From the NCBI GenBank assembly GCA_001938485.1, contig MQRK01220534.1, positions 1-61,414 of the forward strand: a stretch of 61,414 bases of DNA. Direction: 5' to 3'. This DNA comes from Girardia tigrina. Taxonomy: Eukaryota. Positions 27,010 to 38,790 of the stretch are shown here, in pieces (position 1 is the first letter of the stretch; the number at the start of each line of letters is the position of its first letter). A program made the position numbers and the translations under genes. The notes beneath the pieces were generated by a model. That model searched no databases, was not told where the DNA came from, and saw only the letters and a list, made by a program, of their open reading frames with translations.

Positions 27010-27920
27010 ATTTTACTTGTGAAAGTGAAATTAATAATAAAATATCGTTTTTGGATGTCTTGATTGAAAAGAAGCAGAATAGATTCATGACAGGGGTCTA
27101 CAGAAAACCAACGGACATTGGTCTTTACAGTACTCCGAGTAGTTTCTGTGACCCAAAATATAATAGAAATATGATTAAGGGTCTAGTGCATAGAGTTTGG
27201 AGTTTAACTTCTTNNNNNNNNNNNNNNNNNNNNNNNNNNNNNNNNNNNNNNNNNNNNNNNNNNNNNNNNNNNNNNNNNNNNNNNNNNNNNNNNNNNNNNN
27301 NNNNNNNNNNNNNNNNNNNNNNNNNNNNNNNNNNNNNNNNNNNNNNNNNNNNNNNNNNNNNNNNNNTAATGGTTATAATAAGAAATATTTAAATAACATC
27401 ATTAAAAATACTGTGGAGTCAATTTATTTAAAATCAAAAGACAAAATTAATAAAAATTTGAATACAACTGAGGAAGTGATTAATTCAAAAAAAAATTATT
27501 TAAAAATTCCATATTCCGAAGGTGCTAGGGATTTTAAACGAATTTTAGAAAAACANNNNNNNNNNNNNNNNNNNNNNNNNNNNNNNNNNNNNNNNNNNNN
27601 NNNNNNNNNNNNNNNNNNNNNNNNNNNNNNNNNNNNNNNNNNNNNNNNNNNNNNNNNNNNNNNNNNNNNNNNNNNNNNNNNNNNNNNNNNNNNNNNNNNN
27701 NNNNNNNNNNNNNNNNNNNNNNNNNNNNNNNNNNNNNNNNNNNNCAAAGTGATTCGTCCAATCATATTAGAGTATTTTGACGTAACACATTGTAACGTAA
27801 TGGTCATCTTTCTATATAAACAATAACTTTCTAATTAAATACAGAACTGAAGATGCCACAAAAGTGGCAAAACATGTTTTCGAATATAAATTTAAAATTA
27901 AAATGGTGTTATTTTTGTTT
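27010..27920 (+). mobile_element. Penelope-like element, 5'-truncated (RT C-terminus, linker, GIY-YIG, 3' UTR); contains N gaps
   Basis: FTCESEINNKISFLDVLI..VYRKPT, NGYNKKYL and LKIPYSEG are characteristic PLE motifs. Confidence 0.92.
27841..27885 (+). ncRNA. Variant hammerhead motif (AAAA in place of GAAA); mirror copy at 26340-26384 (-)
   Basis: CUGAAGA-U-GCCAC-AAAA-GUGGC-AAAAC-AUGUU in a PLE 3' UTR. Confidence 0.65.
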
Positions 27921-28539
27921 TAAATAAGTATTTAATTTTTTATGATTTTCTTTTAATATATCATTTTTAATTTTTAAAATATTTAGTAAACACATTAAAA
28001 ACATATTTTATTTTTAAATAAATATTTAATTTTTTAATAGTTGCTATATTATATTATTTTTAATTTTAAAATATTTAATAAGCATATTAACATAAAAATA
28101 TTTTAACTATTAAATTAAAAAAATAATAAATTATTTTGGCGAGATGTAAATTTAAATTAACCCCTCATAATGTCATTCTCTATTTACATTTAAAAAGCAT
28201 GATTTGTTTTATTAGACTTGTGTTCAAAATGGTGATTGTATAATTTTGATATACAATTTACGTACAAACATTTTTGCATTCGAATTTTTTTATTATTTTA
28301 TATTTTATATGATCTCCAACAATTATTATGCAGTCAAGTGATGTAATAGTCAAAGAATTCTTTTAACAAAATGGAAGAGTACATTGATTGATGATATGAA
28401 ATAATCACTAACGAAGCATTACTAATGATAATTTAAAACTTTACACGACAAATTTTGATTTTGATTAACAGTCGAATTTTTTAGCAAGCGGAGTAACTTT
28501 TTGAGTAGGCATTACATAATACTCTAGAATCATGTCCAC

Positions 28540-29268
28540 TTAAACATTATCAGTAATGTCTACTAAGCAAGAGCGTCGCGTCATCATTTGGGTTTACTTT
28601 CTCGGAGAATGAACGTCGAATGAAATAATTAACTTTAATAAACTACCTAAAGCAAACATGTACCGGATCACGAAGCAGTTTTGAGTCGATTAGAAGAAAG
28701 AGACTCAGACATGTCCAGTACGAAGATACATAACAGATCAAAGTATCGGAAGTGCAGTACGATCTTCTTGGAGGAATGCACCAGTTGATCGACGATGAGT
28801 TCCACAACATCATTCATTGCAATCTGCACTACCAAACATACTGGAAAAATTATTTTATCTGAAACGGTGTGAAGAAGAACTAAATGCGTTCTGGCGAAAA
28901 GAATTGTGGCCGTCCATCAACCCTGATTCGAATCCTTTGACTATTACTGCTTTGGCGTCATCGAGCTACAGCCTAATAAACGTGCATACAACACCGTAGA
29001 TTCACTTCAAGCCACTACCATCCTCCCTCAAATTTGCGTCGAGGGCAACTGGTCCAAGCCTGGAATCACTTCCATACACGAGTTGAGGCTGTATATTCAG
29101 CTTATTGATCTCAGATCGAGTAGAAAGTACGGTTTATCATGTTTTTAAAATGTATTAACATTTTGTGATATATGAAAACTAATGGTTTAGATTTGTGTGA
29201 AGTGTGAAAAGAAATATCATTTTAAAATTTATTGAAAATTTAGTATCAATTTTTGAATGGAACAACCT
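28540..29268 (+). mobile_element. Decayed Tc1/mariner-superfamily transposon (maT-like)
   Basis: FWRKELWPSINPDSNPL (WPxxSPDLNPLD motif); TIR-like end ...GAATGGAACAACCTG-TA. Confidence 0.6.
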
Positions 29269-29779
29269 GTATTTCAAGCATCATGTCAGAAACATTATTT
29301 TCTAAAATAAATTTTAAATTTCTAAAATTCAGTTTTTGTTTAAATATTTATAGTTTTACAATTCTGCTTTTAGGAAATACGTAAATGACTCAGTTGATTA
29401 AAATTTGTTAATTGTGAGTTTGTAAAATAACAATCTTGTAATAGATCTCGTTACTTATTTAGAAAAGTTTCTGTTAGTATCGACATTTTTTATGTCGATA
29501 AGATGGCTGAAGATTCGTCTCCGCATATCACGATGATGTCGCTTGACAGGACTTTGAGAATCTTGACGTTGTGGAAAAGCACGCACGTGTAGGGGAACTC
29601 TTTGAACATACCTTTGCTTGGCCTGCTTAAATTAACCAAGCCAATTTTATTTTGACATTATAATTTCGATAAAATAAAAGTAGAATTAACGAAAAACATT
29701 TATTAAGTTTTATTTCACGAGATACCAAAAAATATTATTAAAAAATTCATAATTTTGTGATATTTAGAAATATATAGGT

Positions 29780-29817
<38 letters not shown>

Positions 29818-29912
29818 TATTTAAAAATACGTAAAATAAGTTTAATTGTTTTTAGTAATTAAATTAAATCGATTAATTTTGTTTAATTTAATCATTTATT
29901 TGTTTTTAAGTA

Positions 29913-30088
29913 CCCTAATTTACCCACGGGTAATACGAAGAAAAAAGACGATTTTTCGAAAAATTTATGAGTGCGGGTTATACATTAGTTATTATTTACA
30001 TTACATTATTATTTTCAAAAGGAACTAAATGATCAAAAATTGAGATGCGGGTTATACACGGGTGTCGGTTATCCGTAGTAAATTAGGG
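29913..30088. mobile_element. pogo/Tc2-like MITE
   Basis: TIRs CCCTAATTTAC / GTAAATTAGGG, TA flanks, internal TGCGGGTTATAC repeats. Confidence 0.7.
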
Positions 30089-30749
30089 TATAATAATGAT
30101 CAGTATAGTTTTTTATTGCCGATTAATTTTGACGAATAGATAAGAAATAAGTATATGTGATAAGGATCAAATCTCTTTAAATTTTTATAAAATTAAAAAC
30201 GCAATAAATGTAAATTCGTTCAATCAGTCGCTCACACAACTCAACTCCAGTAACACTTCCTTCCTAAGTCCCTATTTCCCTTTTCTCTGTTATTCGCCAA
30301 AGTAAGATCTGAATAACACTTAGACATTGTGTTTCAATAAACTATTAATTAACTAATATTCACTTGAATTTCTTATATCTGTGTGCGATCAAGGACTTTT
30401 TAAATTTACCATGTTCTTCAGACTAAACCTATTTTACAAGGAACCATAAATAAAACTATGCAGATCCAGGGATTCTAATAAATCTAAAAATAATTAAACA
30501 GCAATGGTTAGATACAAAAAATGCATTTTAAAAATTCCAATGTGTTTCTAATGAGCTTTTTCTTTACAAAAATATATTATGTTTCTGATATTTCTTATAA
30601 ATAATGCAAAAGACTTGTGTATATCATGAAATAATTAGCCGTAAATAATATTCATGAGAATTAGAAAAGTAAAGCTGACTATATAATCTGAAATTATAAA
30701 AAATAATTGTAGTTTGGTGAGCTCATATAGATCTGACCTCAAAAAATTT

Positions 30750-31490
30750 TTCAGTCAAGACAAGCGGGCATGTTTGAAGACCAAGATGAAGAATAATTCC
30801 AGAATATCTGTCTCCAAGATATAACGAGACTTTTTATAAGATGGTTATGTGATTTTACATCCATGAATTTCGTTAGAGGAAGAAATGGGTCATAGTTTTC
30901 AAGTTTTGCTCCACAGAAAATACTTTTAGAAAATCTAAAAAATATTTTAAGCAAACTAGTGTAAAAAAATCTGATGAGTTATTGGTTCAAGTATGGATGA
31001 AATTACTTCCTACAGTTGAAACAAAATCCATTTACTTTCATCTGATGGAAGAGAACGAGTTAAAATGGAAAACAGCTTTAGAGTAAATCAATTGCAGGCT
31101 CGCTATAAAGCACGGGGTGGACCTACCATGTTTTGGGATTACATGTAAATATTGAAAGGATAAAAAATTAAGCAGAAAACAAGAGCAAATGGGTTTGAAT
31201 ATCGATTTTCAACTGTCAGGAAACTGATCCAATGTATAAATTTTAATAGGTAATGAAATAGTTCGGGTATATATGCATAGATTTAACGAATTGGCCTTCT
31301 AAATCCTCCGCTTTGAATTTAGTCGACCATCTGTGGAATTTAGTAAAGGTATAAGAACTAAACTAACTATCTTGCTCAGCAGTGATTAATTTTTTGGATG
31401 AGATTTCACTCGATATATTAAAAAAACTCATTTATAACATGCAAAGACAAGCAAAAATTCTTGTCCAAGCAAAAAACTATACAATTTTTT
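30750..31490 (+). mobile_element. Decayed Tc1 (DD34E-type) transposase
   Basis: AIKHG(G)G-like motif near 31105 and NWPSKSSALNLVDHLWNLVK near 31290-31350 (WPSQSPDLNPIEHLW consensus). Confidence 0.65.
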
Positions 31491-31920
31491 AATAATGATT
31501 TTGTCCGGTTTTTGAGTATTTTTGTTTATTATCTATTTTAAATAAAACTTTATTGTTTAGATATATTCGTTAGAAATATATTTAAAATCTAACACAGTTT
31601 TGTAAATTGAAAATTCAAATTTAGGCCTTTCATGTTGCTTTAAAATACATTAAATTTTATTTTCGTTTTCTCGTGTTTTTTAACCGACAAAATACATCTT
31701 TTGAAAATTTTATTGTTAATTATCTATGTAATTATTATCTAATATGAACATTCTTTGATAATCTTTTGATATAATTTCGTGTTTCTTGTTAATTATTAAG
31801 ATTTTACTAATTTAATTAATTACCATATAGTCCGGCGTATGAAAACCCCTTAAATTTCAAGGCAAAAACTATGATTTAACATATTTTTGTAGACAAAATC
31901 TCTTCTATTTAAAATATACG

Positions 31921-32266
31921 TATTAAGAACACTAATTAGATTTTCAATACATTTATTTATATCATAATTTTAATTGCCACAAAACTTTCATCGTTCTTGA
32001 TTGATAAAATTTTAATAATATTTTCAAATGTCTTATTATTCAAACAAATTTAACTTGCAACTTATTTGCAATTTGATTTCAAAATAATTTAAAATTTAAA
32101 TTACAATAATTTTAATTATTTGAAATACATTATTTATGATATATTAATTTAATTTTAAATTTATTTATTTAAATTTTAAAATTCTAAAATATCAATCTTC
32201 CATTTGGATTGGAGAAACAATAATAAAACAACATACAATAAGCACCATTCAATAATATTCTTCACA
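31921..32266 (-). mobile_element. Solo LTR with 5-bp TSD ATACG
   Basis: Same termini as the other two solo LTRs (TATTAAGAAC...AATATTCTTCACA); ATACG at 31916-31920 and 32267-32271. Confidence 0.75.
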
Positions 32267-32271
32267 ATACG

Positions 32272-32890
32272 TACTTAAAAGTGACGCATAAGTCCTTAGA
32301 CTCGACAAGAAAGCAAAATCCAATGAACTTTATTTTTTCAGAATCATTCAGTAAATCATTTCTCAATGTATGAGCCGTGTACATCAACACACTTGCGCCA
32401 GCGAGCAACAAGCACAGAGAACGCATTTTTGTAAAAACTGGGAGGCAAAGAATTAAGAATATCAAGGACTTTCTCCTTGAGAACATCAACTGAATGAAAG
32501 TGGACACCTTTCAAATGTTTCTTTAGGTGTTTAAACAACGCAAAATCACTTGGGGCTAGGTCAGGGCTATAAGGGAGGGGTTGGGAAACCAACTGAAAGC
32601 CACAGTCATCCACAGCAGTCAAAGTTGCTCGCGAAGTATGAATGGGTGCATTGTCTTCAAGGAGCCACAATGAGATCCCTCTTGGCTTCCTACGAGACTT
32701 TCTCACATCGCGAAGTAATTCAACATAATACTCACTATTCATTACCAGTCCTTTCTCAAGGAAATCAATTTTAATAATGCCATGGGAATCCCAGAACACA
32801 GTCAGCATTGCTGCTCGCTTGTGCGAGATGCCGCTTCGAAGTTTCCGTGGAGCACTTTCACAGGTGAAGCACCACTCAGAAGATTGACAC
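32272..32890 (-). mobile_element. mariner (DD34D) transposase 3' half
   Basis: MLTVFWDSHG, LLEDNAPIH, YSPDLAPSDF, WRKCVDVHGSYIEK. Confidence 0.93.
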
Positions 32891-33950
32891 TTGCTCTCAG
32901 TTTTTACTTCTCTACAAATAGAAAATCGATTGGGTCCACAATCAATTACTGATAAATATACTCTATTCTTGTAATGAGTATGATCTATACCCAATCTTTC
33001 CCAAAAATTTTCTACCGATAATGACCCCTTTGGTGTTTTTATAGGTGCAGGATCAGTACAACTACACCATTGACAGTTTCGAACATCACTATCCATATCC
33101 TTTTTCGACACTTCAAAACCTTCTTTTTTCTGCTATCAAACAGCTTTTATCGATCCGAAAATGATGTCGCTCATGACTCTTTCTTGCCTCGTTTAATTTT
33201 CTCTCTTGTTGAACAATACAACATTTCCTTTCTGTCCATTTTCTTGGTACTCTAGTTAAGTCATCTGCCTTGTTTAGTTCAGAGCAAACTCAATCACACT
33301 CCCAATCTATTTCGGATTGGTTTAAAATACTGTCTATCATAACCAAACGTCTCCTGACCAATATCTCACTCATTCCGGTTACTTTTATTCGGCTTTTTCT
33401 TGTCTTCAACGATGCGAGCCAACCATGAACTACAACTGAATCTGTAATATTAATTTCTTCACATTCCACTTCAAAGCAAAGTTAATTCCTTTCATAATCG
33501 CTTCAAGTTCAGCAATGCTTATATGTGCACAATCGTTTTCTTGTCTTAACCAGCTTCCATCTTCGATCACATGGTCTCCGATATGCAACACACATCCGAT
33601 GACAATAGAACTTGCATCGCACCACGTCGTACATTTTCGGCTCATATCCACATTCCAACGACCTCGTATTGGATCTGAATTACTAATACGATCCATTACT
33701 TCACGAATAAAATTAATAGACACTTCATTCACTGGTTCATTCCATTGTAATCCATTACACGACCGTTTTATGTAGCTACGTGCAGCACGACACCAATTTC
33801 CAATCGGGTAATGACCAATTAACTTTCCACAAATCGAATATACACTTCTTCTAGTGATCTTATCGAGGACGTTTAAGGGCAAGCGAGTACTCCTCGACCA
33901 GTTTAATACTACATCACATTGAGACACTCTCGCTCCGTTTAGTTTAAACT
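32891..33950 (-). mobile_element. Lineage-A LTR retrotransposon fragment: RT connection, RNase H and integrase N-terminus
   Basis: SICGKLIGHYPIGNW, WCDASS...HISIAELEA, NKADDLTR, CQWC and WERLGIDHTHY..YLSVIDCGP. Confidence 0.88.
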
Positions 33951-34177
33951 TTTTTTACTTAAACAAATTAATAATTTCTTTTTATTACTTAATATTTTTA
34001 TGTATCGTTTGTTGCAAGTTACATGTAAATCATCATGGAACTACTCATCATGAACATCAAAAATACCAATATTCCGTCTGGCCCGGGGAAACATTTCTGA
34101 ATTCCACATACCAAAGTGAAAATATTCGTCACAGTTATTATTGTTTGAGACTAAGAACATCATACATTGTCAATGTA

Positions 34178-36079
34178 CAGTGTCTACTCTCTCATCCGCC
34201 AAAAACGGGACTTCACAAAAATGTGGCGGTTGAGAGAAAATAAAGAAAATAAAATAAAAGACAAAGTTTATTTTTTAATTAACCGATCATCCAACGTTGA
34301 TTTTTTCTTACTATTTTTTAAAGCCTTACTAATTTCATAATATACCAATCGCTGCATTTGGGTCAAAGAGTCCTTCTTGATTAAAATAGTCTTTTATCAT
34401 TTGAAAAGCCCTGTATACTTCCTTTTTAGTAACTTTTTTTCCATTATTTTTTGGTCTTCTTCATCATAAACTGCATCATAAACTTCACCATTTATACTAT
34501 TATCAAGAGAAATATTATTTTCTTCGTCTGCAATGCTCAACATCACGTCTGTTTCATCAAAATCCAGCTCGTTAAACTCTTTTTCATCAATAGGATCCAA
34601 GATATTAGTTTTCAGTATAAATTCATCAAATACATCAACTTCGTATTGATCATTTATTTCTATATCTTTTGTTTCCCAATACCAATTAGCATGTTTAAAA
34701 CAATTTGCAATTGTCGAAGTTGTTAATTCATGCCAAGCAAAACTTATCCAAACTATTGCATCTTTTATTGTAAGTGTTTTGTAAGAATCAAAAACATTAC
34801 ATCCACTTTTAACTTTTTCAATAATATCGGACAATTTTTTATTGGTAAAAATTGATTTAAAACACTATATTACTCCTTTATCTAACGGCTGTAGCGTTGC
34901 TGTTAAATTTCCTGGCAAAAACAAAATTTCTATGGATTTTAAATTAATATCAACACGATGTAACTGACAATTATCAATAACCAATAAAAAAATTTTTGTT
35001 CTTGTCTTCAAAAGTTCCAAATCCCATTTCAACAGCCATGTGTTAAAAATTGCGTCTGTCATCCAAGCTCTTGATGAATTTACATATTTTACACATGTCT
35101 CTATAGTAAATTGCTTAAAACCACGTGGTTTTTTAAATTATTGAGGACTACAGGTTTTGACTTATTCTTTCCCGTCATATTTGTACACAAAAGAACAGAT
35201 ATTCTATCTTTCAATATTTTATACCCGCTTCTCACATTTTTACACAAAGTTTTAGAAGGAATGTGTTTATAAAAAATGCCAGTTTCATCGGCATTGTATA
35301 CATTATCCGAACCATAAGAACGAATTTTACTATTTAAAACATTTAAAAAATCTTCATTATATGGAAGTGCTGTTGTAAAAGATTCTCCATGTAACTTCCT
35401 CAGCTTAAGTTCATGTCTTGCTTTGAATTTTAGCAGCCACCCAACTGATCCTTTGAAGTCATGATATTTTGAGTCTTTGCGATCGATAAAGCTTTGTTTA
35501 TTAATATGCTGTCATTATTTATTCAACCCGCAGAATCAATAAAGTCTATCCACGAAGATAATTCCTCATCTGTTTTTCCATATTTTAATATCGGATTGCA
35601 ATATTTATCCTTTGATTCTAAATTCACATTTTTTATAAATCGTCTTTCTTTCTTCTTAAATTATTGATCATCCTTCGAGAAACTTGCTTTTTAAATTTAT
35701 GCTCAAACATGGACGCAATTTGATTGTCTGTTACGTGTGGATTTGCGTCACAATACCGTATAATTTCGATTTTTCACTGATTATAAGTCTGACACATTTT
35801 CTTTTGGATATGTTATTCATGGTCAATTTTGTCAATTTCCTTGATTTTTAAATTCGCCAATAATTGATATTTATCTGATATTTAAAAGCATGTATTTTTC
35901 TAAATTAAACACTTTCTTAAATTATCCCATTTTAAATCTGAAAAAAGTCAATTTTGTATCCCCTAATTCATGAGGTTAAAGAAAAAATGTCGGCTGAGAG
36001 AAAATGGCGGTTAGGAGAATTTTTCTTAACTAATACATGAGATTTTATAAAATCGTGCCGGTTGAGGGAGTAAATACTG
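34178..36079 (-). mobile_element. pogo/Tigger transposon, full length but disabled
   Basis: TIRs CAGTGTCTACTCTCTCATCCG / CGGTTGAGGGAGTAAATACTG with TA TSD. CENP-B-type GWLLKFKARH, YNADETG, IDNC..H, LQPLDKGVI, AWHELT..TIANCF. Confidence 0.93.
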
Positions 36080-37659
36080 TATTCCTCAAATCATTGATCT
36101 CTTAAAATTGAAAGTTACCCTTACAAAAATTACCTTATATAAAAACCTTTTCTCATAGGTTGTTAAAAAAACTTTTCTAAAATACGTTGGACAAGATAAA
36201 TCTTAGACGCAAAAATGTCTCAAACAGTATTCTGTTGTTAGTTAAATCTATTTCATATCTGTTGAACATTGAATGAATTCGTTTTATTAGATATCACACA
36301 ATAAGTAAACCAAAACCGAAATTTGTTGAAACACGTACAAATAGTGTATAAACAAAATTTTCCATCCATTAAGTGTTGTAATAAAACTAACAAAACAGTT
36401 AGCAAAAGATGGAGACAATATTTACTTAATAATCAATTAATCTATTAATTATAGGGTTTCGTGTTTTTATAATCCATTTGATAAACAATAAATAATTTTC
36501 GATATTACACCAAATAACAGATCATAACAAAAATGCAAAACTATTAATATAAAAAATAAAAAAGTTATAAAAAGTTTTCCGACTGCCAACCATATATGTT
36601 CCAATGAATTTTCATTAAATTAAGCAGAAAAGCATTGAAGTTTGTCAAATCATAAATTATCCGTATTCCTTTCGTAGATATAAGTTTCCGAAAAGGTTTC
36701 TACCGCTATACGGATGATCTAGCGAGTAAATGTGACCAATTTTATGAACAGATTTATCTAATTTACTTTGAATGACAAAAGGGTAAAAATAATTCGTTTC
36801 AATTGAAAATTTTGTCTTTTGTCAATACTAGTTTATGTATATAATAATAATATGTATTGTAACTAATGTTTCCTTTATTAATTTTTTAAGAAAAGATTTA
36901 GAATAACCATTCTTATTTAAAAAGTAAGTTAGTTTATTAGTACTTTCTACAGACTTAATATAAATTCGAAGATAAAGGCAGAGTGATAAATTAAGACTTT
37001 AATCACGTTTTGTTTATATTTCGGTTGACAAAAATTATCTGGTGAAGTATATATGCATATATCAGTTTGCTTTCTATCCCAGTCTCGTAATTAGGGAATT
37101 TTCGTTCAACCAAAAGATCCAGAAAAGATAAGACCCCATTCGCTTCACTTTTAACTCTAAAAGCAAGATTTGAATGAACGAATTAATCAAATTTAGAAAT
37201 GGAAGTACATCAGCTTAATTTTTAAAAACTAAAAATATATTATCAACATATCTTTTATATACTAAAGGTTGATTCCAATTGTTTGCCATTCAAAATTATT
37301 ATATATATCATTATTATTATCGATACTTATATCAAGATACTCATTTATCACCTCGCTCTCTCGCCTCAATTAAAAATGATGATCTGTGATATTTTTATTT
37401 CTTTTCGTTTCTTTTGTTGATGTAAATAATAAATAGATAGATAATGTATAGATAATATGTAAAAAATGTGGAAAGTTGATAAGAAAAAAATCTGGAATCT
37501 TTTAGACACCTTAAATACATTTATGTCATTTTTTTATTTCGAATTTGTTTATCTGACGTAAACCTTGAAAAATACTGTGAGGTCGTTTGAAATTTGAAAA
37601 AATAAATATATATCGAAGAATTGACTTGTTATTGTTGATCGTTTTTTATTGCGCATTTT

Positions 37660-38340
37660 ATGTTCAATTTGTCGAGAAAAATGTTTTATGATTGTCGGTT
37701 GGGTGTTCCCGATAAATTTGTCAACTTGACATTTTTGATTAATATGAAAATGAATTTGTATGTGAAAGAGTACAATCTGGTTGGGACGGTTATCGAGGTC
37801 AGATTGATTCATCATCAGTTTTGCTTGATATCGATGTTTGGGTTTATTTAAATTGCAATGAGTCTTTGCATTGTTCATGTGTCGCACTTGGCACTCGCTC
37901 TATAGGTGATCATTTCCGGAGCTCGCCTTACAATAATCTTGATCGATCGAAATATCGATAATTTTTGGTTACCAATTCGAATTGAATCAATTGTATTGGT
38001 GTTTAATTTGATCCTATGTCTGGTGCTTTATAATCTTATGACATCAATGAGTGCCGACACGATATATGCTATCACTGTTTGTCTCCTTATTGCCAGTTGG
38101 GCATGTTACACATAGTCTTCTGTGGATTTGATCAAAGGAGATATCGAATTGAATGGACTATCTATCAATGCAGGCCTTACGTCGAGTTTGTATTTAGCAT
38201 CTTGATTACCGTCTTTATGGCACTCATCTGCGATTAGTTTAAATCGAAGTTCTCTACAGATTTTCAAATTCTTCTCAAATTTCATCAAATGGGCCCAGCA
38301 CGACAACGAGGATCATCAAACGCTGCGCAATAAGGCTACC
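37660..38340 (+). pseudogene. PIGC: PIG-C/GPI2 (GPI-GlcNAc transferase subunit C) pseudogene, 3'-truncated
   Basis: One reading frame: RKMFYDCRLGVPDKFVNLTFL...KEY ~ [33 protein letters not shown] ~ LTESVSTDTIYAM; LSINAGLTSSLYLAS*LPS ~ LSLNMAIFASVCLASRLPR. In-frame stops at 37849, 37903, 38113 and 38203. Confidence 0.82.
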
Positions 38341-38349
38341 TTCATCCGA

Positions 38350-38790
38350 TTCTCGGGGTAACCTGAGGGTCAAGCAGAACACCAAACAAACAATTTAACT
38401 TTATTTTCAATCTTTGAAAGAAAAGCATTATCTAAAGTTGGTAATAATAGTAAACACATAGCAACCTAATCAGTTGTATACATATCACATAAATTGAAAG
38501 CCTTTTAAAAGCCAGTTGAATTCATTAAACACAATCTCTTTAAATACCCTTTTCTGTTTGAAAAAAAACCTTTCAAAACTTAACATCAATGTTCAATCGG
38601 TAGTCTCAATAAGCTTATTAAGAATCTTCGATTAGCGTAATTTCATGCAGTGGATTACACAATGATTATTTTTGCATTTATATAAAGGTGAACTAAATTA
38701 TTAATCAGTGACATGAAGACGACGGTTGATCCGTCGACTTATATTGTCATGAAATATACTTTTAAATGGTTGAATTTTGTTTTTAATAAC
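38350..38790 (+). mobile_element. Decayed Penelope-like 3' fragment (family B) with degenerate hammerhead
   Basis: LNINVQSVVSISLLRIFD* at ~38579-38635 (PLE C-terminus). TGAAGA-C-GACGG-TTGAT-CCGTC-GA at ~38714-38737 has the same stem II as 19964-20022. Confidence 0.6.
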
